Part shown: piece after piece, positions 58,010 to 64,000 of the stretch | How the letters are laid out: every line of letters starts with the position of its first letter | Position numbering within the stretch: position 1 is the stretch's first letter | Position numbers and translations under genes: made by a program | Notes under the pieces: generated by a model | The model's input: the letters and a program-made list of their open reading frames with translations, nothing else | Told to the model about the DNA's origin: nothing | The model's database searches: none | Source of the DNA: an uncultured Verrucomicrobiae bacterium | GTDB lineage: Bacteria > Verrucomicrobiota > Verrucomicrobiia > Chthoniobacterales > Chthoniobacteraceae | DNA: 64,000 nt | Direction of reading: 5' to 3' | Assembly (NCBI GenBank): GCA_963836755.1 | Contig: CAWIKF010000002.1 | Location: 2,144,001 to 2,208,000 of the forward strand

Positions 58010-59710
58010 ATGATGCAAAAGAAACTTTTCACCGAGCTCGGCCTTTCCCCTGAGCTGCTCAAGGCCATCGATCGCGTCGGTTACGAGGAAGCTTCGCCGA
58101 TCCAGTCGGAGGCGATTCCTCATCTCCTCGCCGGTCACGACGTCGTCGGCCAGTCGCAAACCGGCTCCGGCAAAACCGCCGCTTTCGCCATTCCCGCGAT
58201 TGAAAAAGTGGACGCAAATCTGCGCGCGCCGCAGGTGATTATTCTTTGCCCGACGCGCGAACTCGCGGTGCAGGTCGCGGAAGAAGTGGCAAAGCTCGCG
58301 GCCTTCAAACGCGGCGTGCGCGAGCTGCCGATCTACGGCGGCCAAAGTTACGAGCGGCAATTCCGCGGCTTGCACGCGGGCGCGCAAATCATCATCGGCA
58401 CGCCGGGCCGCGTAATGGATCATCTCGAGCGCAAAAGTCTAAAACTGGATCAAGTGCGCATGGTCATTCTCGACGAGGCCGATCGCATGCTCGACATGGG
58501 ATTTCTCGACGACATCAAAACGATCCTCAGCCACGCGCCCTCCGAGCGGCAGACCGTGCTTTTTTCCGCGACGATTCCGCCGCCAATCGCGCAGCTCATC
58601 AAAACTTTTACGCGCAATCCGGTGAACGTCCGCATCAAGGAAGAAGCGCTCACCGTCGTCGCGATCGAGCAGGTTTATTACGAGGTGGATCGGCGATCAA
58701 AACTCGAGGTGCTCTGCCGCCTGATCGATCTCGAGGACATCAAATTCGCGCTCATTTTTTGCGCGACAAAAATGATGGTCGATGAGCTGACGGAGCATTT
58801 GATCGTGCGCGGCTATTCCGCCGACAAACTTCACGGCGACATCGCGCAGGCGGCGCGCGAGCGAGTGATGGGAAAATTCCGCAAGCGCGCGTTCGAATTT
58901 CTCGTCGCGACGGATGTCGCTGCGCGCGGGCTCGACGTCGATGACATCGAAGTCGTCTTCAATTACGACCTGCCGCACGATGGCGAAGATTACGTCCACC
59001 GCATCGGCCGCACCGGCCGCGCGGGCCGCTCCGGACGCGCGATCACGTTTGTCGCCGGCCGCGAAATTTACAAACTGCAAAACATCATCCGCTTTACGAA
59101 AGGCCGGATCAAACGCGGCAAGGTGCCGTCGGCTGATGAAGTGGAGGAAAAGCGGACAAATGTTTTCTTCGAATCGCTGCAACAAACTTTGGAGGGCGGT
59201 GAATTCAAGCGCCACGATGCGCTCATCGATCGACTGCTCGACCAGGGTCACGCGCCGACCGACATTGCGAATGCGCTAATTCATTTGTTGAATGCCGACA
59301 AGGCGCGCAGCGGCGAAAAAATTCCCGAGGACAGCCCGCTGCCGCAGCGCAATTATCCGAAATACGAACCTCTCTCGCGTGAGCGTGAGCGCGGTTCGCG
59401 GAATGGCGAGTCGCGCGCGCCGCGCCGTCGCGAGCGTGCTCTCAGCGCCGAGCCGGGAATGGTTTCGCACGAAGCTGGAATGATCCGCCTTTCATTAAAC
59501 CTTGGCCGCGAGCATCAGATCGGGCCGGGCGATGTGGTCGGCGTCATTCTGGGTGCCGTCAAAATTCCAAAGGAAAGCATCGGCGCCATCCATTTGATGC
59601 CGAAGCAAACGCTCGTCGACGTCGCCGAAGATCACGCCGCGCGCGTTTTGGAAAAACTCAACGGCATCAAATTCAAAGGACGCAAACTCGCGATCCAGCC
59701 GGCTGCATAA
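58010..59710 (+). CDS. deaD: DEAD-box RNA helicase (DeaD/CsdA type, DbpA C-terminal domain)
   Basis: QTGSGKT, PTRELA, DEAD, SAT, HRIGRTGRAG. Confidence 0.93.
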   Translation: MMQKKLFTELGLSPELLKAIDRVGYEEASPIQSEAIPHLLAGHDVVGQSQTGSGKTAAFAIPAIEKVDANLRAPQVIILCPTRELAVQVAEEVAKLAAFKRGVRELPIYGGQSYERQFRGLHAGAQIIIGTPGRVMDHLERKSLKLDQVRMVILDEADRMLDMGFLDDIKTILSHAPSERQTVLFSATIPPPIAQLIKTFTRNPVNVRIKEEALTVVAIEQVYYEVDRRSKLEVLCRLIDLEDIKFALIFCATKMMVDELTEHLIVRGYSADKLHGDIAQAARERVMGKFRKRAFEFLVATDVAARGLDVDDIEVVFNYDLPHDGEDYVHRIGRTGRAGRSGRAITFVAGREIYKLQNIIRFTKGRIKRGKVPSADEVEEKRTNVFFESLQQTLEGGEFKRHDALIDRLLDQGHAPTDIANALIHLLNADKARSGEKIPEDSPLPQRNYPKYEPLSRERERGSRNGESRAPRRRERALSAEPGMVSHEAGMIRLSLNLGREHQIGPGDVVGVILGAVKIPKESIGAIHLMPKQTLVDVAEDHAARVLEKLNGIKFKGRKLAIQPAA

Positions 59711-59723
59711 ACCGCGCGTGCGC

Positions 59724-59757
59724 AAAAAAAAGGCGACGCCGAAGCGTCGCCTTTTTT
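59724..59757. terminator. Bidirectional intrinsic terminator between deaD and rpsI
   Basis: A-tract, GGCGACGC-CGAA-GCGTCGCC, T-tract. Confidence 0.92.
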
Positions 59758-59770
59758 GCAGGAAACGCTC

Positions 59771-60160
59771 TTAGCGTTTCGAGAATTGGAAGCGTTTGCG
59801 AGCGCCGGGCTGACCCGACTTTTTCCGCTCTTTCATCCGCGAATCGCGCGTCAACAGGCCTTCCTGCTTGAGCGGCAACCGCAAATTTTCATCGGTCTGC
59901 AGAAGTGCCCGCGCGATCGCGAGCCGCACCGCACCGGCCTGGCCGTTCGAGCCGCCGCCATGCGCGTTGACCGAGAGATCGTAAGCGTTCGTGATTTTCG
60001 CAACCTGCATCGGCGCGAGGATCACGTTTTGCAGCGACTGCGTGGGAAAATATTCCTCGAAGCTCTTGCCGTTGACTTCGATTTTGCCGGTGCCCGGCGT
60101 CATGCGAATGCGCGCGACGGCGGTTTTGCGACGACCTGTGGCGATGATTTCTTCTGCCAT
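59771..60160 (-). CDS. rpsI: 30S ribosomal protein S9
   Basis: TGRRKTAVAR, GGGSNGQAGA, ARKRFQFSKR. Confidence 0.98.
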   Translation of the reverse strand: MAEEIIATGRRKTAVARIRMTPGTGKIEVNGKSFEEYFPTQSLQNVILAPMQVAKITNAYDLSVNAHGGGSNGQAGAVRLAIARALLQTDENLRLPLKQEGLLTRDSRMKERKKSGQPGARKRFQFSKR

Positions 60161-60184
60161 GATTTTAACTTTTAGTTCTGAAAT

Positions 60185-60616
60185 TTAGACAACCGTCGCC
60201 GCCGTCGGATTCTGCGCGATGTGCGGATGCGTGTCGCCGGCGTAAACTTTGAGCTTCGTGTAAATGGAACGGCCGAGGCGATTGTGCGGGATCATGCCGC
60301 GCACCGCGTGCTCGATAAGCATCTCGGGACGGCGCTCGCGGCGCGCCTTGAACGTTTCGGATTTATGTCCGCCGACGAAGCCCGAAAAGCTCATGTAAGT
60401 TTTCGCCACCTCTTTTTTGCCAGTCACGCGAACTTTGCCGGCATTGATCACGACCACAAAATCGCCCGTGTCGCAATGCGGTGTGAAAATCGCCTTGTGC
60501 TTGCCGCGCAGGAGCGTCGCGGCTCTCACGGCGACGCGGCCGAGCACCTGGTCCTTGGCGTCGATCACCCACCATTTGCGGTCCACTTCATTGGCTTTTG
60601 CTGAAAATGTCTTCAT
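60185..60616 (-). CDS. rplM: 50S ribosomal protein L13
   Basis: WWVIDA...LGR, GKHK..FTPHCDTGDFVVVINA. Confidence 0.98.
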   Translation of the reverse strand: MKTFSAKANEVDRKWWVIDAKDQVLGRVAVRAATLLRGKHKAIFTPHCDTGDFVVVINAGKVRVTGKKEVAKTYMSFSGFVGGHKSETFKARRERRPEMLIEHAVRGMIPHNRLGRSIYTKLKVYAGDTHPHIAQNPTAATVV

Positions 60617-60640
60617 GTCTGCTTTGCGGAAAGGGTGGAA

Positions 60641-60669
60641 AAATTAGAGGACGCTCCCGGCGGTGTCAA
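60641..60669 (-). promoter_or_regulatory. rplM-rpsI promoter
   Basis: Minus strand TTGACA-N17-TAATTT. Confidence 0.75.
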
Positions 60670-60758
60670 ACTCTTTGTCGCACGTTTTTCGCCGCGCCGG
60701 CAAAGATGGATTGTTAAACAGCCGGCAACGCATAGTCTCGCCCCGGCGGATCGAGGTC

Positions 60759-61697
60759 ATGCGGAAATTTTTCCCGGAAAAGTTGGGCGGGCGGCAGGGT
60801 GGAACTTCCCCGCGTGACGATGGACTCGCCCGCGCCCTCGTCTCCTCGCCGCTCTTTCGCGATTACGCCCGCGGCATCACCGCACTGCTGAGCCTGCCGC
60901 TATCACTCCACGCGCCGGCGCGCAACGGCTCGCCGCGGTTCGCGCAAAACGGAAACTTCTTCTGCGGACTCTTGTCAAAAACGAGCGGCGGCTGCGGCCA
61001 GTGCATGGCGTTTCAACAAAAACCCGATCGCAACCAACCCGCGCCCGCGCCATCACCCTGCCCGGCCGGCCTCGGCGAAATCATCGTCCCCGTGCACCAT
61101 TGCGGCCGGCTCATCGCATCGCTCCACATCGGGCGCGTTCGTCTGCAACCCGCGCGCAAAGGCGACTTCCAGCGCCTCGCGAAACAATTCGCGCCGCTCG
61201 CCGCCGATCTCGATTTGCAAAAAGCCGAGGCCGCATGGCTGCGCACGCCGATTCTCACCCCTGCCCAATCCGCCGCGGTCCTCAGCATGCTCACCATCTT
61301 TGCCGCGCATCTCAGCCTCCACGCCGCACAACTCATGCGACGGAGCCCTCCGCGCGAACCGGAGACAATCACCCGCGCCCGCGGCCACATCGCCGCGCAC
61401 TTCACCGAAGAACTTCCCATGCCCGCCGTCGCCCGCGCCGTCGGCATGAGCGCGAACCATTTCAGCGAAAAATTCAAGCAATCCACCGGCCTCGACTTCA
61501 CCCGCTACCTAGCCCGCGCCCGCATCGACCACGCGCTCGAGCTCCTTCTCGACCCGCACCGGCGCATCAGCGAAATCGCCTTCGCCTCCGGCTTCCAGTC
61601 CCTCTCCCAATTCAACCGCACCTTCAAGAAACTCACCGGCCACTCGCCGTCCGAGCATAGGGCCGCACTCGCGGGTTCAATGCCCGCTATTGGATAA
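60759..61697 (+). CDS. AraC-family regulator with a PocR-like Cys-containing sensor domain
   Basis: FCGLL...CGQC...CPAGLGEIIVPV, AraC signature ISEIAFASGFQSLSQFNRTFKK. Start codon uncertain. Confidence 0.88.
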   Translation: MRKFFPEKLGGRQGGTSPRDDGLARALVSSPLFRDYARGITALLSLPLSLHAPARNGSPRFAQNGNFFCGLLSKTSGGCGQCMAFQQKPDRNQPAPAPSPCPAGLGEIIVPVHHCGRLIASLHIGRVRLQPARKGDFQRLAKQFAPLAADLDLQKAEAAWLRTPILTPAQSAAVLSMLTIFAAHLSLHAAQLMRRSPPREPETITRARGHIAAHFTEELPMPAVARAVGMSANHFSEKFKQSTGLDFTRYLARARIDHALELLLDPHRRISEIAFASGFQSLSQFNRTFKKLTGHSPSEHRAALAGSMPAIG

Positions 61698-62176
61698 CAT
61701 CTTGTCACGCCACCGCCGCACGCTGCTCAGGTCCAGCCGTTCGCCTTTGAACTCGATCTGCTTCACCGGCTTCGTCCCGTTCGCGCTTGCGCGCTGGAGC
61801 ACGCTCGATATTTCCATCCAGCGCACCTCGGCGAATTCCAGCTTGTCCTTGCCGATCGCCCGCTCGTCGTCCTCCGAGACCGTGCCGATCACCAGCATCA
61901 CCGGATGCGGCTGCTGGAGCCAGTATTCCACCCAGCGCGGCTTCTTGATCGTAAAATCTCCGCGCCGTCGGTCTTGCGCTTCGTGAGGTCGGAATTGCCC
62001 GACTTCAGTTGCAGATAGAGCCGGCGCCCCGTGCCTTCGCCGTCGTCGTTGGTGAATTCCAACTCCATATCCAGCCCCTCGTCCTCCGTGGCCGGAATCT
62101 CGAAGCATTTCTGATCGGCGCTGGTGATGCGCGCTCCCACCTCCAGCGCCAGCAGCTTCCCGCGTCGGCGGGTAAC
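61677..62176 (-). pseudogene. 5'-truncated, frameshifted DUF4365-like PD-(D/E)XK nuclease-domain gene remnant
   Basis: EDEGLDMELEF...LYLQLKSG, then a 1-nt frameshift at 61953-61956 continuing FTIKKPRWVEYW...PVMLVIG...VRWMEI. No start codon; the coding sequence abuts the REP repeat. Confidence 0.7.
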
Positions 62177-62188
62177 TTCTCCGGTTCG

Positions 62189-62288
62189 GGCCAAAGGCCC
62201 GTCAACAAGCCAGCCCAGGGCAAGCGAGGAACGAGCGCCGCCCTGGGTCCACGTCACACCGACAAGAAGCCCCGACGGGGCGGAACAA
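62189..62288. repeat. Left REP-like composite repeat
   Basis: The 42-bp core at 62206-62247 is the exact reverse complement of 62822-62863. Hairpins CCCAGGGC...GCCCTGGG and GCCCC-GAC-GGGGC. Confidence 0.9.
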
Positions 62289-62311
62289 CCGCCAACGCCG
62301 ACAATGGCAGT

Positions 62312-62767
62312 TCAGTCCCAAACATAGCGTTCGTCGATCTCCATGCCGTGCTTGTGGCAAAGCGCCCGAAACTCGTCTTGGAACGACACCTTTCGATGAT
62401 GTTCCTCCTGCGTCGCGATGTAAGCGCGAACCTGCTCGACGTTCGATTGGCTGACGGAGAACGCGCCATATCCACCCTGCCAGTAGAAGTCGCTATAGGC
62501 AGGCCCCTGTTCCTTCATCCATCTCGAGGGAGTCTTCTTCACCTCTTCAACCAACCTCGCAATGGTGATAGTGCGGGACAGGTTGCAGAGAATATGAACG
62601 TGATCCTCGGTGCCATTGATGAGGATCGGCTCGCACTCAATGCCTTGCAGGATGCCAGCCATATAGGCGTGCAGCCGGGCGCGGAGTTCCGGGTCTCTAA
62701 GAAAAGGGACGCGGTTCTTCGCGCTGAAGACAACATGCAGGACGACGCGGGCCAGGGATTGCGGCAT
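62312..62767 (-). CDS. tnpA: IS200/IS605-family (Y1 HUH) transposase TnpA / RAYT
   Basis: HVVFSAKNR, HUH motif DHVH, WQGGYGAFSVS, catalytic YIATQ. Confidence 0.93.
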   Translation of the reverse strand: MPQSLARVVLHVVFSAKNRVPFLRDPELRARLHAYMAGILQGIECEPILINGTEDHVHILCNLSRTITIARLVEEVKKTPSRWMKEQGPAYSDFYWQGGYGAFSVSQSNVEQVRAYIATQEEHHRKVSFQDEFRALCHKHGMEIDERYVWD

Positions 62768-62779
62768 AACGGAGGGAGA

Positions 62780-62879
62780 TTGTTACGCCCCGTTGGGGCT
62801 TTGCCATTCTTTGTTTCCAGCCCCAGGGCGGCGCTCGTTCCTCGCTTGCCCTGGGCTGGCTTGCGGCAGGCGGTTGGCC
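62780..62879. repeat. Right REP-like composite repeat (inverted relative to the left copy)
   Basis: TTGTTACGCCCCGTTGGGGCTT ... CCCAGGGCGGCGCTCGTTCCTCGCTTGCCCTGGGCTGGCTTG. Confidence 0.9.
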
Positions 62880-62894
62880 TGAGTATCTGCGCAG

Positions 62895-63665
62895 TTAGGC
62901 GGTCGGCTCCACAAGATGGCGAACCTCAACTTCCTTCTGGCCGAGCCGGGTGATGAAATAGCGACTGCCGTCGAAATGGATCAAATCTTTCCGCTCTCCT
63001 AAGCCATTCAAGGTTCTGGCAAGGTTGGCGCGCATTTGTGGACGAACCCAACTTTCCATTTCTTTGAAAGCCGCTCCCTGTTCGCCGCGTTGATACAGTA
63101 GCACAAGGCAGTGATCGCTGACCGCAAGGTTGGGCTTCAAGATTTTCAAGAAGCCGTTGAAATCTTGAACGACAGGAACAGCACGCGTCACGATTTCGCT
63201 CACCATCTGTTGAGCAACATCAGCGCTAACGTTGTGATAGAGTCGAACGAACTCGGCCAGAACCCAATCGAGCACGGAGGATACGAGCATAGCGTCCTGC
63301 ACATTGGGGTCTATACCGTCGCCGAGATGGGCCGCATCCCGTTTGTTTCGAATGTCATATACCAAGCGAAGCGCTCGCGGAATATGAATGCGCACCGCAT
63401 CTGGATGCGATTCCTTTGGTAAGTTCTCCAGCTTCTGAATAGCCTTGTCAGTGTTTAGCTGGGTTCCGAGAGGGGTGAAACTTCCTTGGCTGATCTGCTC
63501 CAGCAACCGGAACGCAGCCTCGCAAAATCTGCCTCCTTCGACCTCAGTAAGACGAAGCCCACCTAGGTAGAGACTCTTTTTCGCTTGAGAGTGCGCTTCC
63601 AATAATTCGTCAACAAGCTTCGGCGGCAACGCCGTAGCAAGTTGGGATTGAATCGTAGTGCGCAC
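62895..63665 (-). CDS. Putative HEPN-domain protein with a C-terminal winged helix
   Basis: All-helical N-domain with GRFCEAAFR and an R-x6-H motif (RNKRDAAH). The C-terminal 70 aa are wHTH-like (LVLLYQ...LARTLNGL...YFITRLG). Confidence 0.65.
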   Translation of the reverse strand: MRTTIQSQLATALPPKLVDELLEAHSQAKKSLYLGGLRLTEVEGGRFCEAAFRLLEQISQGSFTPLGTQLNTDKAIQKLENLPKESHPDAVRIHIPRALRLVYDIRNKRDAAHLGDGIDPNVQDAMLVSSVLDWVLAEFVRLYHNVSADVAQQMVSEIVTRAVPVVQDFNGFLKILKPNLAVSDHCLVLLYQRGEQGAAFKEMESWVRPQMRANLARTLNGLGERKDLIHFDGSRYFITRLGQKEVEVRHLVEPTA

Positions 63666-63672
63666 GCTTCAA

Positions 63673-64000
63673 TTAGTTCGTCTTCGCCGCAGATTTCTTC
63701 GTCTTCTTTCTCCGAGGCTTTCGGTGATTCGCTAGCACGGCCTTAACAGCTTCTTCGTCAGGCAGGGCGGCTACGACATCCTCACCCAAAGCAGTGATTT
63801 GCTTTTTTCCTTCCCCAACAGCGCCAAGAAACTTGTTTTGTTTTGTGGCATTACCGACAGCCATCGATGGATTTGAGAGGGGGGTGCCTCCCGCTTCTGT
63901 ATTCAGCCTGGTCAAATCCTCGGTCTTGAAGTGGGTTTGCTCGCGAGCATGCGTCAGGTAGTAGGCCAGGCAGGCAATCCGCTGAACGTCTGTCTTTGGC
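63673..64000 (-). CDS. Winged-helix-like protein, C-terminal part (start lies beyond the right edge)
   Basis: The frame stays open to the window edge: PKTDVQRIACLAYYLTHAREQTHFKTEDLTRLNTEAGG...SNPSMAVGNA...KQITALGEDVV, then a basic tail. Ends 7 nt before the HEPN-like gene. Confidence 0.7.
   Translation of the reverse strand, partial: PKTDVQRIACLAYYLTHAREQTHFKTEDLTRLNTEAGGTPLSNPSMAVGNATKQNKFLGAVGEGKKQITALGEDVVAALPDEEAVKAVLANHRKPRRKKTKKSAAKTN

Larger units (their letters stand above)
62189..62879 (-). mobile_element. REP-flanked Y1 transposase locus (RAYT/REPtron-like, IS200/IS605 superfamily)
   Basis: tnpA is flanked by ~100-bp inverted composite palindromic repeats at 62189-62288 and 62780-62879. 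Confidence 0.8.

Overview
GC-rich bacterial chromosomal window. Gene content and protein style suggest Verrucomicrobiota (Spartobacteria/Chthoniobacterales-like), which is an inference. Most of it is housekeeping: guaB, ExbBD/TonB, PilB, prs-rplY-pth-rpsF-ssb, dnaE, rpsT, lptD, ugd, trmD, PBP1A, HPr-kdsD, folD, dnaX-ybaB, cytochrome c biogenesis system II, ridA-pyrE-deaD and rplM-rpsI. Points of interest: (1) an 11-unit, exactly 21-bp-phased degenerate repeat array upstream of an ArsR-like gene; (2) a SAM-I riboswitch controlling a threonine-synthase-like enzyme plus a ubiquitin-like sulfur carrier, next to a homocysteine methyltransferase/MTHFR, suggesting a sulfur-carrier methionine route; (3) an A9 slippery run in dnaX followed by a nearby -1-frame stop; (4) an unassigned structured leader before a porin-like gene, beside a collapsed two-component pseudogene; (5) an AT-richer APC permease + unknown secreted protein + serine hydrolase block; (6) at the right edge, a probable defence-island border with a wHTH + HEPN-like gene pair, a REP-flanked Y1 transposase and a broken DUF4365-like nuclease gene. 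No rRNA, tRNA or CRISPR array was recognised. All calls come from reading motifs by eye; no searches were run.
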